From the IMG/VR virus record IMGVR_UViG_3300044614_000912, positions 68,558 to 132,557 of that record: DNA of 64,000 nucleotides; one strand, 5' to 3'. Position 1 is the first letter of the stretch, and each line of letters starts with the position of its first letter. This DNA is from a virus. Both the position numbers and the translations under genes were made by a program. Below are positions 30,601 through 39,591 of this stretch, in pieces. The notes under the pieces are model-generated. The model was given only the letters and a program-made list of their open reading frames with translations, was not told the origin of the DNA and made no database searches.

Positions 30601-31878
30601 AATAGCAGCCATAGCTCCTAATAATGGAATGAGTGGCTTGATAGACTCCGCTAATTTAATAAGAGCAGATGCTAGGGATAGTGCGGTATTAGCAAAAGCT
30701 TGGAATGTAGATGTTTCTGTTATACTACGAACTAAAGCCAAAAATTCTTCTTTGACTTTCATAATTCTGATAGCTAATGCGGCTTGTGCCGACGCAGCAT
30801 CTGCACTTAAAGAATTACTTGCTTTGGTAGCAACATTCAATGCCGCTTGGGCAGTAGAGAATTGTTGTAGTAATGGTAGAACTTTACCAATCTGACGGAA
30901 TCCGCCAAGTTCTTCTGCAATCTTGATAAATGTAATATCTCTGTCGCCAAGTCCCTTTAAGCCTTCGCTTAGTCTACGAATAGCCTCATAAGGACCGACG
31001 AACTTGCCCTCAAGATCAACAAGTTCAACGCCAAATTGTTTTAAGAATTCAATAGTTTTGGGACGCTGAATACGAGTAAAAATGGTACGCAAGCCAGTAC
31101 CAATACTTTCAGCACTTTCTCGCGTTGTGGCTCTAACGCTTGTAAATAGCGCAAGCAATTCATTTAAGCTACCACCAGAAGATTTAAAAACACCACCAGT
31201 TCTACGAACAACGTCAATTAAGTCACTAGCTTCTACAGCAAATGCGCCAGCGACAGCATTGATAGAACCAAGTTGTTTTTCTAAAGCTCCAACGCCTTCT
31301 TGGAACTGTGCTAAAATAGCAATAGCTCCTTCTGCCGTTTCAGTAATACTATCAAAGTTAGGAGCAAGGGCAGCTTTTGCTAAAGCATTAAGAGCTACTT
31401 TAGTATCATTAGCAGAAAGACCAGCCTGTGCTAAAACTGTAGTTACTTCCAATAACGAATCTGATGAAACACCAAGACCGGTAGATAATCTAGTAATTTC
31501 ATTAGTCAAGTCCCTCAATTGACTAACACTTTTACCAGTTACCTGAGAAACTTTGATCAATTGTCTTTCAAAGTTAATAGCGGTTTGTACAGCATCTCCA
31601 AGAGTGCTAGTAAATAAACCTACCGCTCTGGTGGCAATAGAGAATGCAGCAAAACGACGAACGGATACAGCAAATGCTCGTCCCATCCTTTCAGCCGCTG
31701 TTGTGGCTTGATTGACGTTCTGAGTTACTTGCTGTATCTGTCGTTGTGCTTGTGCAGAACCTTGAACTTGTAGATTAACAGTTACGCCATTTAACTGATT
31801 TTGTATCTGGCGAACTACTTGTGCTACATTGTTAGGTGCTTGTAATTGTAATTGTGCAGTTAGTACGAATCTGGACAT
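24685..31878 (-). CDS. Tape measure protein (2397 aa)
   Basis: TP901-type N-terminal TMP domain (INFERQLIKVSQVTG, GTGLRTIFTRI), Ala/Gly-rich helical regions, and three DTVPA[ML]LxPGEFV motifs; follows the tail tube and chaperones. Confidence 0.9.
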   Translation of the reverse strand: MSRFVLTAQLQLQAPNNVAQVVRQIQNQLNGVTVNLQVQGSAQAQRQIQQVTQNVNQATTAAERMGRAFAVSVRRFAAFSIATRAVGLFTSTLGDAVQTAINFERQLIKVSQVTGKSVSQLRDLTNEITRLSTGLGVSSDSLLEVTTVLAQAGLSANDTKVALNALAKAALAPNFDSITETAEGAIAILAQFQEGVGALEKQLGSINAVAGAFAVEASDLIDVVRRTGGVFKSSGGSLNELLALFTSVRATTRESAESIGTGLRTIFTRIQRPKTIEFLKQFGVELVDLEGKFVGPYEAIRRLSEGLKGLGDRDITFIKIAEELGGFRQIGKVLPLLQQFSTAQAALNVATKASNSLSADAASAQAALAIRIMKVKEEFLALVRSITETSTFQAFANTALSLASALIKLAESIKPLIPLLGAMAAIKLTRGIGGFLGGVGGGLASGRTFNKGGKVHKFARGGMVPGTGNSDTVPAMLQPGEFVIRKSSVNRLGAGNLAAMNENRFKEGGPMTTAQKIAAARAQTAAGNKKEPQSLVSGTIKNAGKTSETIETSRMRKGVSKFGQTPVFRPVPNQIGAFVLDPPKSTDDFYKAGNTQFNLSPNSKLYKSILKTYGGADAAVPGSTKDKMAPMPAILEGASYPLFYPGLKDVKKSKQFSGIVSKATTRGFQKSLNYAVSEIQSKNLLSADPAFIGNPSLIGNALQNMVSDTNLRASLEGYLFEGIISSITGAKTAGGRANFDLPYGSLPDDVQNLQSMFGQDARISKLLKAEVKRSKSLLTGSDGLSKKIQNDININRLEGIKLVRKQFGGLIQKFAAGGMAKAPLIDDIINASGTMMPRPSSAIAALIKAGGGAIDIDRTLKRTIGDKAYGMAKTSGQQSAALNKYFRDPKARLKDVTSAPLTVFGKELQTAIKSGQLQPGRLSIISKSQRVPGVAEYLSRLFGIPLANMIFTQGGSKQPAMDALRAKGPRSTRVARFAAGGGVGTDTVPALLTPGEFVVNRASAQSIGYGNLNRMNKVGKYANGGIVQRFATGTAATGVRPSPVSGSGNGGNFIPLDALTQQAEDLVNAQGQQKRSIMESVSANKMFAASMTVGLMQSMLPALDENSGAIVRMSHGLLGVVSTLTTVGFALEAFGVALNVQTMTQFLSGASSLTQTLGNLSGQFSGVGKIIGNIGGRLGGIGGKIAGGVGKALPSLSSAANVAGSAFSGGMKNQAGLFSAVKSGAIGNNPFVNMGGSMGRGATMSSMSGASGFQKFVAKTSGRAGTAFGDLSKGFNAGMKGVGLPSKVGANPFASMGGSMGQKAMAGSISNVGVASFGKAVGTITKGLNAFAGPLLAVEVGLMAASSAVNSYFDYQNQANKAIQEGNIGKASENSVNVAAQESIDSFGSSAILAGAAIGSLVPGVGTLIGGIAGAGVALATKFLPSIEKAIFGTDYVNRAFIGLGQAFGGNTYDSIKDLASAQAQAVKTQKAFEQGQKDASSALEDLQNGTISAGEALAKISNVQASRQAMQTANEKAVESNKGNKSGAVGGFLRGTARVATLGLAGYFGLESGKQRNERIDKENAGLIKQNAEAERKAFDISRPVVNESMKRGIAQGMTREQIDAQLGANSPGAMRSRMSQLRIKASEADTAGNKDEANAFREQAAVLEEQARELDKSFENLQKEAERTRKAFEAMDLGMQDVQGASAAAALGITNYIAAQQAGNIPLQQSLATLEASVTSAAQGISDADFDAALGDAEATLRRFGANDKQIDKFKGNLKSINEVQKNSATIFEQTKSDLKGRLSSGSAEDRRKAFKDILGKNLAAQTDAAGNRKYDDDTIKRLQAQADTLSEDQLNALGEGNFGVFSEVMGDFGKKVLEQVNGPLNDAIKIQEQLNQLTKNRIEAERNLMSAQQEALNVQMEARDIEAKYGGKAVTPAERRANIVAQANVQATGIQGVDNLKTGSAAEITQRTQQIGARQQEIAGIRAAAASGDKEAQAKLAGEAGLQLEEEERRLNEAAKSQIQTTRDLIKAKEEELKTIEEKNKLEKQSMESLINGDIEKFFDQQAAVGATAAIATGNQDLMNAFGATALAGAYSDIERQKEAGVQEIYGQRIAGPGGLGEKAATAALSARGVQNPAAAQMLAGTTPEEEAVKSDIRALAGTMGPTADLQVQAAQSQLDAANIQLQAAQKKAEEAVSNTRDRGMAPEVKQSAEDERASRDAEAAGRGREPTMFRKGGTVYASRGIFVPRGTDTVPAMLTPGEFVVRREAVNRGNNLQLLQAMNNGLSGSAGASAGVQNFARGGKVQYLAGGGLLNGIVQNILGTDVISMLTKALTTFTSQMSDTIKSLQDTKFKITLDSTNVNVNFSGNSGMLAGLTQEARNEIAKIVSDKIKNTSVGSGGKLIENSSTMPKV

Positions 31879-31910
31879 AATTCCCTTTCACTAAAACTGC
31901 ACACTATCCA

Positions 31911-32789
31911 TTAGCTAGCCGTGTGTTTGGTTCTTTTTTTGGGTTGATCTTCGGACTTTACTTCTTCCTTAGACTCTTCCTTTATATCATTAACATATTC
32001 CACGGTTGGTACGTAATTTCCAAACTCGTCTAGTGGATTACCGTCCCTATCTACACGTTGACCTTCGGTATTGATATAGTATCCACTCTTGTCTATTCTT
32101 CTACCGTCTAAGTCAACTGTTTCTCCCTTGTCGTTGACAAGACTAAGGTTGTCATCAACAAGTTTGAACATTTTAAGGAACTTATTTTCTGGTAATTTAG
32201 CTTCGAAATCCTTATCTACAGCATATAGCATAGATGCTAGAGCGGTAGCAGCCGCGAAGCCTATTTCACCATCAGCATTTTCTCTATAGTCATCCAAGTC
32301 TTTATACACTTTCTGTCCATTTTCATAAAATGTGGAATTTGATACCAAAAAGTCGAATCGGGCATTGTCAGAAATGGCCTCTGCGGTATTCTGCTCTAGG
32401 CTCATTCTTTCTGCAATTAAGTCTCGTAATTCTGACCTTTTCACTCTCATTTTAATAGCAATATCCTTGCCTTCTGAGGCTCTAAGTTTGCCATCCTTGT
32501 GAGTGCCGCTGACGAAAAGCTGCTTTTCTAGGTCACTAATTTCTTTTACAATTTTCTTCTGTTCCTCGTCTTTTCCGTCATTCCAGATATCTTGTTCTTT
32601 CATGAACTTTTCTAGTTCTTTTTTGGTCATAATGCCATCTCGTACACAATCAGTCCAAGCTTTGGCACCAACCCTTTGAGCTTGGGACATAACAGCATTA
32701 TTGGGGCGACGAATCAGAATTTTAACAGTTTCTTCTACACCATCTCTGGTAACTTTAACATCAATCTTCTTTTCCTTGTCCTGTGACAT
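31911..32789 (-). CDS. Tail assembly chaperone-like protein
   Basis: Charged helical protein just before the TMP. Start reassigned to the ATG at 32789 (MSQDKEKK) because AGGAGG lies just upstream. Confidence 0.6.
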   Translation of the reverse strand: MSQDKEKKIDVKVTRDGVEETVKILIRRPNNAVMSQAQRVGAKAWTDCVRDGIMTKKELEKFMKEQDIWNDGKDEEQKKIVKEISDLEKQLFVSGTHKDGKLRASEGKDIAIKMRVKRSELRDLIAERMSLEQNTAEAISDNARFDFLVSNSTFYENGQKVYKDLDDYRENADGEIGFAAATALASMLYAVDKDFEAKLPENKFLKMFKLVDDNLSLVNDKGETVDLDGRRIDKSGYYINTEGQRVDRDGNPLDEFGNYVPTVEYVNDIKEESKEEVKSEDQPKKRTKHTAS

Positions 32790-32800
32790 GGGTTTCCTCC

Positions 32801-33151
32801 TTAGTTCTTTGGTTGTTGGATAACGGGCATTTTGATCGAATATCTTAACCACTCAACATCATATTGGGCTAATTCAGCATCAATATTTCGTGCTTGGTTA
32901 TTTCCTTTGTCTAATATATCTGAACGAATTTTATTATATAGATTCTTCATAGCCTCTTGTTCTTTGGTCAACTTGCCGTCTGGGCTATTCCATAAAAATC
33001 CAAAATTTTCTTCGATTGTGCTTAAAGCTCCAATCATAGTGGTTTGAATTTTCTTTTTAAGAATTTTTGACAGTCTATCTTTAGAATCTGCCTTATACTT
33101 TGTTTCTCTGAGTTTTTTATATTCTGAAACTTGTTGTTTGATATCGTCCAT
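32801..33151 (-). CDS. Hypothetical protein in the tail chaperone region
   Basis: 116 aa, AGGAGG RBS, stop/start overlap with the upstream gene. Confidence 0.6.
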   Translation of the reverse strand: MDDIKQQVSEYKKLRETKYKADSKDRLSKILKKKIQTTMIGALSTIEENFGFLWNSPDGKLTKEQEAMKNLYNKIRSDILDKGNNQARNIDAELAQYDVEWLRYSIKMPVIQQPKN

Positions 33152-34200
33152 TATCGTCCTCCTTTAATGTTCCCTCTAAGCATATTTGTTTGTTCCATCT
33201 GAATCTTTTGTCTTTGATCTATAAAATCATGATCATTAACGGTGCCCTTCTGTTTTAGTGTTCCATCTCTTTGTTTCTTAACCATGTGAGAATGGATACT
33301 ATTTACACTATTTATTCTATCGGCGTCTTTCTTACTATTAGCTACTACGAATACTTCTGAGGCATTTTTGATTTTACCATTCTTAGTTGATTCATTAATA
33401 TCTTGTTCTGCTTTTTCTTGTTCCCTCTTCTTCGACTGTATTATAAACCAACCATCTAGCATATCATCATCATCAATTACATCTTTGTTTGGACAATCCA
33501 ATGATTCTTGAATATTATCATACATTTGGGACCAAATAATAAGATTTTTCTGATTATACGTTAATTCTGAACTTTCTACATTATTAAAAAGTTTAATTTT
33601 GGTATTATCTTTAACTACCCATAGTGATTTCCATGGTTCATTTCTTGCCAATTCTCTGATTTGAGAATCATGTAGAAAAGATGCTTGCCATTCTTCTACA
33701 ACATATGCTAATGTGTGATCTGAAAAATCATAGGGTTCATTATTCAAAAATGTTGAATTCCTAATTGACCATGCTACTTTTTCAGTGGTAGCATATCCTT
33801 CTGCCGTATTTTGATGATATGTATGTTTCTTAGAGAGATGAGTAGCGAATTGCGATTCACCGGCTCTGAGATATAGTCTAATACGCTCTTTTAATATATC
33901 GTTGTTTCTAGCATTATATATCTCAATTTTTAATCTCTCCAAGTCTTTTTTGAATCCTTCTGATTGTTCTTCATCTTCTTCTGTCCACAGGTCATTTTCC
34001 ATCATCCATTGGTTCATTTCTTCTTCATTCATCATACCATCAATATATGCTTGTTGATAAGCTTGTTGATAAACATCTGCTGCTTCGAAAGCTTGATCTA
34101 TAGTAAGTGGTCTAATCACTAAGGAGCAATCGTCAGTTTTTACAAATGTATTTCCTGTTCTTATCATAGCAATAAAAAACTCCCGCTCATGTTGTTTCAT
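33151..34200 (-). CDS. Tail assembly chaperone-like protein
   Basis: Follows the tail tube gene; LVIRPLT near the N-terminus and the acidic VIDDDDMLDGW motif. Confidence 0.5.
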   Translation of the reverse strand: MKQHEREFFIAMIRTGNTFVKTDDCSLVIRPLTIDQAFEAADVYQQAYQQAYIDGMMNEEEMNQWMMENDLWTEEDEEQSEGFKKDLERLKIEIYNARNNDILKERIRLYLRAGESQFATHLSKKHTYHQNTAEGYATTEKVAWSIRNSTFLNNEPYDFSDHTLAYVVEEWQASFLHDSQIRELARNEPWKSLWVVKDNTKIKLFNNVESSELTYNQKNLIIWSQMYDNIQESLDCPNKDVIDDDDMLDGWFIIQSKKREQEKAEQDINESTKNGKIKNASEVFVVANSKKDADRINSVNSIHSHMVKKQRDGTLKQKGTVNDHDFIDQRQKIQMEQTNMLRGNIKGGR

Positions 34201-34279
34201 AAAAACCTCATGGCGGGAGTCTATTATTTTGTTTCCTTTAAAATCCTAGTAAACTAATTTGGTCTAAAGATACTTGTTA

Positions 34280-35332
34280 TCAAGTATTATTTGGACCTGT
34301 TACTGTCATATCATTGAAGGTTGAAAAACTATACGTCATAGCGGCGTTACCACCACCAGCGTCAGCACCACCATATGTTACAGATGATAATCTATTCTTG
34401 ATTCCTAGATCAAATATAGTACCGTCTTGTAGAACAATCTTAATGGTTTCTTCTGTAGTATTGTTTCCCTCGTCAACTGTTCCAACATATGAAGACTTAC
34501 CTTCTTCATAGGCTGAAACAAAGTCTCCAGATACAGCAATAACTTCGATTTCACATGTTACTTCTACGGGGAAGTTAGGCGCACGATAATAAGGAGCTTT
34601 TCTACCTAGTTCTAGGATATTTTCACGACCAGCATCTGTGCTAATACTAATATTCTGAATGTGAGCTTTTGGTGTACTTGTGCCAGAATCCCAATTATTT
34701 CCGGCATTAGCATTTTGTGCAACGCCATAGATACTTTGCGGTAGAATAGACGAGGCCATAAGCACATTTTCTCTACGCTGAATACCGCCCTTGTATGAGC
34801 CAGATTGAAGATTCTTGGGTGTATCACCACCATATTTGAATCCAGCAGCATTTGTACTTGTAAATTTATTAGTAGCGTCCCACACCTTGTGATTACCAAC
34901 TAGGGTAATAGACTCTGTGCAGTTTCCTTCAACTGGCAATGTATAACTTATTGAATTAATATACATGCCCGACATATATACTTGAACATCTGGAGCGCCG
35001 CTAACAGAATCTTTATCGTCTGGATAAATTGCTAGAACGGCATTGCATCGCTGCTTGGTTCTATTAACTAAGGTGTCACCAGAAGCACCCTGAGTTGCTA
35101 GCTTATAAGCTAATGGATAACCGTCGAGAACTCTTTCGATGGTTACTTCAACGTCCGGTAAACCTTCTATATTTTCATAGATAGAGATTTGACCAAGTTC
35201 GAATGCTTGCTCTAAATTGAATGTTGTGTTTACGCCAACACTCTGAACGCCATGAAGCTCTGTAAAAGTAGTTGTACCAAATTGGCCTAGAGCTACGGCT
35301 TGGCAGGCGTAGAAAATTCTATTATTTGCCAT
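34280..35332 (-). CDS. Major tail (tube) protein
   Basis: Two internal repeats (GVQSVGVNTTFNLEQAFELG / HIQNISISTDAGRENILELG); AGGAG RBS; own late promoter; position between neck genes and chaperones/TMP. Confidence 0.75.
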   Translation of the reverse strand: MANNRIFYACQAVALGQFGTTTFTELHGVQSVGVNTTFNLEQAFELGQISIYENIEGLPDVEVTIERVLDGYPLAYKLATQGASGDTLVNRTKQRCNAVLAIYPDDKDSVSGAPDVQVYMSGMYINSISYTLPVEGNCTESITLVGNHKVWDATNKFTSTNAAGFKYGGDTPKNLQSGSYKGGIQRRENVLMASSILPQSIYGVAQNANAGNNWDSGTSTPKAHIQNISISTDAGRENILELGRKAPYYRAPNFPVEVTCEIEVIAVSGDFVSAYEEGKSSYVGTVDEGNNTTEETIKIVLQDGTIFDLGIKNRLSSVTYGGADAGGGNAAMTYSFSTFNDMTVTGPNNT

Positions 35333-35373
35333 TATATCGCTCTCCTATTAAGTTGAGGGAAACTCTAATTAGA

Positions 35374-35380
35374 TATACAC
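35374..35380 (-). promoter_or_regulatory. Putative late promoter GTGTATA
   Basis: Context TTTCGTGTATA, 42 nt upstream of the tail tube ATG; same 11-mer as at 2676-2686. Confidence 0.7.
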
Positions 35381-35385
35381 GAAAA

Positions 35386-36360
35386 TTATAATGTAGTCTC
35401 AATCGTTTCTGCGGTCATTTTAACGATACCAGCGTAGAAATTACTATTTATTAGGTCCATACCTTGTACTGTAGAATTTTTAAGTCTCACGCCTCCACGA
35501 TAGTAATTTTCAATTAAATCGGGGTATCTTAATGCTCCAGAAACTGGAACTCCCATATGGTCCAGCGGAAAAGCTCCGCTATTTCCTATCATATTACTAT
35601 TAAACATTTTGATGGTTTTTTCATTTTGTAAAGAGACTATATCTACTAGCTTATTTCTAGTAAATTCGTCTTCTGCAAGGCAATGGAACAGTATATCTGT
35701 TTCCACATATTGACCACCTCCCAGTTGATAGCCTCTTAAAGTCCTTCTAGGAACTACTTCTATGGCTATAGCCGGTAATTGTACCCTATCTTCTGGAGGA
35801 ACATTGAATTCGCCATTGGTCTTATTATTAAAACTCACTGGTAAATCTAGAGTTCTATATTGTATTTCTCTAATCCAAGGTAAACTATTAGCATAAATTA
35901 TGTTAATATATTTATAGCTATATTCTGCTTGCACTTTCGCTCCGCTTGGTATTCCACTATTAAATATCACGCGACCATTAAAATAGTCTATTTTATGACC
36001 ATATGATCCAGCGGTATCGGAGGGGTAAAACTGATCATTAACATAAATGCCAGAAATACCGGGAATAGCAGGATTATTTCCAACAATAGGGGCAGGAATA
36101 TAACTAACTCCACTTTGCCAAACCCAATTTTGTCTGAAGCCTTCCCAAATAGTACCAGATGGATAAGAAGTTACGGTAGACATTCTGAGTGAACTGTAAT
36201 CGTGACCATCTGGCGATAATTCACCCAAGGATACATTCTGATAATTACCCTTCTCTAATAAGGCCCAATCCAAAAATTCTACAATATTATCTTGCAACTC
36301 ATTATTCAGAGTTGTATCAAAAACATTATTGAATCCTTTTAAATTGAGATAGTCTGCCAT
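35386..36360 (-). CDS. Tail terminator/neck protein
   Basis: LPAIAIE and YQLGGG tail-completion-like core with an inserted beta domain (IDYFNGRVIFNSGIPSGAKVQAEYSY); precedes the tube gene. Confidence 0.55.
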   Translation of the reverse strand: MADYLNLKGFNNVFDTTLNNELQDNIVEFLDWALLEKGNYQNVSLGELSPDGHDYSSLRMSTVTSYPSGTIWEGFRQNWVWQSGVSYIPAPIVGNNPAIPGISGIYVNDQFYPSDTAGSYGHKIDYFNGRVIFNSGIPSGAKVQAEYSYKYINIIYANSLPWIREIQYRTLDLPVSFNNKTNGEFNVPPEDRVQLPAIAIEVVPRRTLRGYQLGGGQYVETDILFHCLAEDEFTRNKLVDIVSLQNEKTIKMFNSNMIGNSGAFPLDHMGVPVSGALRYPDLIENYYRGGVRLKNSTVQGMDLINSNFYAGIVKMTAETIETTL

Positions 36361-36992
36361 TATGAAAATACCTTAGATAGTAAATCTGATAGTTGTGATT
36401 CTACAAAGGGGTTGATAAAGGCTCTGGTAATAAAATTATCATCTTTAGTGCCTGCAAATTCTGGTGGAATACGAAATGCTCCACCTCCGATCATATTACC
36501 TAAACCGGATCGACCAAAACCAGTGGCGGGATTATACTGATAATTAGCAACAATAATATTGTCACCTCTTAATAATAGCCAATCTAACCAGTGTAAGTCT
36601 CCACCTTGAAAAATTGTATGACCACCAGATAAACCTAATAAATTTCCAAAAGTTGCTGGTTGAAATTGTAGCTCTAATCCGCCTTTTAGGTTTGTTGAAT
36701 ATTTAATAAATTTAACATTGGTAGCATCTACAACTGAACTAATGATCGAATTAACAATGCTATTTGCATCTCCGGGTATACCAAATTGACCAACCAAAGA
36801 AGTCGGCGCTGTTGATCTTAATGATGCGATTTCTGGCTGAGATTCGATCCAAGACGGTATGAGAGCTTTGACTTGGTTTAGGATTTTATTCTGTTCTCTG
36901 GTGATTATACCATTTATATGTTCTGCTATAGCGATATTGATATTTTTTTCTATCTGAGCGGGAGAATCAAGAAGTCTAACTGAAATACTCAT
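36360..36992 (-). CDS. Neck/tail completion protein
   Basis: LHWLDWLL..G and FAGTKDDNFITRA motifs; synteny. Confidence 0.5.
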   Translation of the reverse strand: MSISVRLLDSPAQIEKNINIAIAEHINGIITREQNKILNQVKALIPSWIESQPEIASLRSTAPTSLVGQFGIPGDANSIVNSIISSVVDATNVKFIKYSTNLKGGLELQFQPATFGNLLGLSGGHTIFQGGDLHWLDWLLLRGDNIIVANYQYNPATGFGRSGLGNMIGGGAFRIPPEFAGTKDDNFITRAFINPFVESQLSDLLSKVFS

Positions 36993-37474
36993 ACTCTACT
37001 CCATAAACAAGCAAAATATCTATCTTGTTTAAAACCGAATGTGGAGGGTTCTCCTAGTCTCTCGTATCTTAACTGTTTAATTTGACTAATAGCATCGTGA
37101 GCAATCAAAGATTTGGCTTGTAGAATATTATCTAAATCTGATAAATATCCAATAGTTTGTATTGTTCCATCTGGAACCTGTATATTACCGCCCACATTTA
37201 TCCAACTTTTTGGATTATAGTAAACTTTGAGCTTTATGGGAGTTAAGACCTCAACTTCTTTGATAATTTTATTCTGTCTTTCGTAATCGCCACCACGTAC
37301 TCTATGAGCATTAATAGAGTTTTTTTCTGGTATATTATTATTTATTGGGGCAGGTTCAATTATTTCAATTTTGTTCAAAGAGACTAATTGACACACCACG
37401 CCAAAAGATTCAATTGTGGCATCGATGCCTTCATTATATTTATCGAAAATAGCCTGCGGTATGTTGATAGTCAT
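36989..37474 (-). CDS. Head closure (stopper)-like protein
   Basis: 161-aa beta-rich protein in neck position. Confidence 0.45.
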   Translation of the reverse strand: MTINIPQAIFDKYNEGIDATIESFGVVCQLVSLNKIEIIEPAPINNNIPEKNSINAHRVRGGDYERQNKIIKEVEVLTPIKLKVYYNPKSWINVGGNIQVPDGTIQTIGYLSDLDNILQAKSLIAHDAISQIKQLRYERLGEPSTFGFKQDRYFACLWSRV

Positions 37475-37477
37475 TTA

Positions 37478-38605
37478 TCATGGTCCCGGCGTTGTAGTTG
37501 TTGTAGAGCAACAATCCAAGATAGCTTGATATAGAACTCCAGATATATTGTTGATGTAATTAGTTAAGATACCTGACAAGGAAGACAACTCATTATATCT
37601 ATTTTCAAATACGCCGGATACACTTGTTATTCTGGTATTGAGAGTATTTATTGTGGTGTTGACAGCTCCAAAAACATTGGTAATTCTAGTATTTAGAACT
37701 CCAGATGCTGAATTTATTCTACTATTTAGAACGCCAGAAACAGTATCTAGATTAATATTAGTGGCATATTCATTACTTAAATCTGGAATGTCATCAAGCA
37801 CAAGTGTTCTAAAACTTGGATAAGCTGGTGAACAAGGTGCGACACAACCGCTAGGAGGACCGGCAAAAACAGTGCCAGCATTTTGCTGTTTAAACAAAAT
37901 ATACTGATTCACAACTCCGCTAAGTTCTAGGACAGCACTACTGCCAGTTAGTTGATCAATCAATTCATTATTATATGCATAATCATCTAATCGATTTACT
38001 TCGTAGTGAGCTAATTGTCTACCACCAATATAAGAACTATCGCCATTGTTCTGTGGGGGAAAATAAACTCCAGATGAACCAATAACGATTCCAGATGATC
38101 TTATCAAAGATTCGGTGCCATCACCGCCAACATCTAAAGCATATTGCGGATTTGGGGTTTTGATACCTAACTTTTTATTAACGTCATCCCATAGCAAATC
38201 TTGATCATAATTAATAAGGCTGTTACTTGACCAGTACGCTATTCCACTTGTTTGAGGAGCATCGTATCCGAATACTCCAGACGAGGAATATACGGCATGT
38301 GTTGCTGGATAAGTAGAGTAGACTTCTTTTATACCTTCTGGAAAATTAATAATCAGATTATTTAAACTACTTCTCAGTGGAAATCTAACTAATTCGCTTT
38401 GAATTCCAGAAATGTAAACACCGGAGCCAACTTCATATCTAATACCGTCAGTTACCGCATAAAAAAGATTGCTACCATTTTGATAGCATGAACCGAAAGA
38501 GCTAAATCCAGCTACGGGTCCATTAAGCAATAGGTTGCCCGTACCTACTGTATAACTCAGTTCTTTCACTCTGTCAAAAACAGAGATTTTATGAGAGTCT
38601 AACAT
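37478..38605 (-). CDS. Fibre/whisker-type structural protein
   Basis: DRVKE..GTG N-terminal fibre domain, LGIKTPNPQYALDVGG repeat, SGVL coiled-coil repeats; ends DCCSTTTTTPGP. Confidence 0.6.
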   Translation of the reverse strand: MLDSHKISVFDRVKELSYTVGTGNLLLNGPVAGFSSFGSCYQNGSNLFYAVTDGIRYEVGSGVYISGIQSELVRFPLRSSLNNLIINFPEGIKEVYSTYPATHAVYSSSGVFGYDAPQTSGIAYWSSNSLINYDQDLLWDDVNKKLGIKTPNPQYALDVGGDGTESLIRSSGIVIGSSGVYFPPQNNGDSSYIGGRQLAHYEVNRLDDYAYNNELIDQLTGSSAVLELSGVVNQYILFKQQNAGTVFAGPPSGCVAPCSPAYPSFRTLVLDDIPDLSNEYATNINLDTVSGVLNSRINSASGVLNTRITNVFGAVNTTINTLNTRITSVSGVFENRYNELSSLSGILTNYINNISGVLYQAILDCCSTTTTTPGP

Positions 38606-38619
38606 GTAATGAGTTTACT

Positions 38620-39579
38620 TTATTGGACTACTGTTGGTTGGACACCGCTTGTTGACCCTTTGTTTCTGCCAAAAACAACTAAATCATTCATGGCAGCGTC
38701 AACATATTCTCCAGCATCATTAACAACATAGAATGTAACTTGACGTAACGATGAAGCATCGTCACCAGTTCTAGATACTAAACCTACTGTATTAACATCA
38801 AAATCTGCACCTTCGTCATTATCACTTCTAGAATTACTTTGCCCAATAGCAATGTAGTTATTATTGGCGAGTACGCCGGATGCAAAAGTAACAAGGAATT
38901 TACCAGCATTTGGTTGACCGGATGTATATAATCTTTCTATTTGTTGAACATTGTATGCTTCTCTTACTTGAATTAAGCCTCCGCTGGCACAGAAATTAAT
39001 CCACGCTCTAGCAACTCCTCGTCCGTCTTCTATAGTTGTATCATTAGACTTAAACACAAATTTAGTAGTTGAGCCAACATTTATATTTTCGCCACTAGAT
39101 GATACATATTGAAATTGTAAACCTCTATCATTCATACCAATCGCAGAACTACCGCTAGCATTTACCCAGTTGGTGCCAAGGCCCAAATTTCCTTGCATAA
39201 CTCTAGTGCCGTTACGATTGAGATACTGCAAGTGAGGATCGCCAACACTAAGGTCTTTTAATGAATTGTGTGGAATACTTGATGGGCCGGGGTATGGTTC
39301 ATATTGTTTTCCTTCATTTATCGATGTTGCATTAGGAAAGAATATGCCAGACTCAGCTATGAAAAATCCATAATTATTATTGATAATTTTGGCTCTTACA
39401 TTTTCACCAGTAAATGGTGTGCTAGTATTAAAATTGCCGCTAGCAACAATTTGATTGATCGATTCAACGATATCAACCATATTATGGCGTACATCATACG
39501 CAGAAATCAAGCCAGCATTGTTATCAGCTAGCTCGGAATTTATATTGTCGATAATCGTGCCGGTTGGTAGAATAGCCAT
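38620..39579 (-). CDS. Fibre-type structural protein
   Basis: N-terminal ADNNAGLISAYDVRH domain shared with 44970-48245, DPHLQYL motif, and a C-terminal ARAWINF..AYNV..I fibre-tip domain. Confidence 0.6.
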   Translation of the reverse strand: MAILPTGTIIDNINSELADNNAGLISAYDVRHNMVDIVESINQIVASGNFNTSTPFTGENVRAKIINNNYGFFIAESGIFFPNATSINEGKQYEPYPGPSSIPHNSLKDLSVGDPHLQYLNRNGTRVMQGNLGLGTNWVNASGSSAIGMNDRGLQFQYVSSSGENINVGSTTKFVFKSNDTTIEDGRGVARAWINFCASGGLIQVREAYNVQQIERLYTSGQPNAGKFLVTFASGVLANNNYIAIGQSNSRSDNDEGADFDVNTVGLVSRTGDDASSLRQVTFYVVNDAGEYVDAAMNDLVVFGRNKGSTSGVQPTVVQ

Positions 39580-39591
39580 AAATCTCCTCCA

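Noticed and set aside
13189-32309. Extra GTGTATA copies at 13189-13195 and 32303-32309
   Set aside because: Both lie inside coding sequence, far from the next start codon; several chance copies of an AT-rich 7-mer are expected in 64 kb.
32790-32852. N-terminal extension of ORF 31911-32852
   Set aside because: Overlaps the upstream gene; AGGAGG supports the ATG at 32789 instead.
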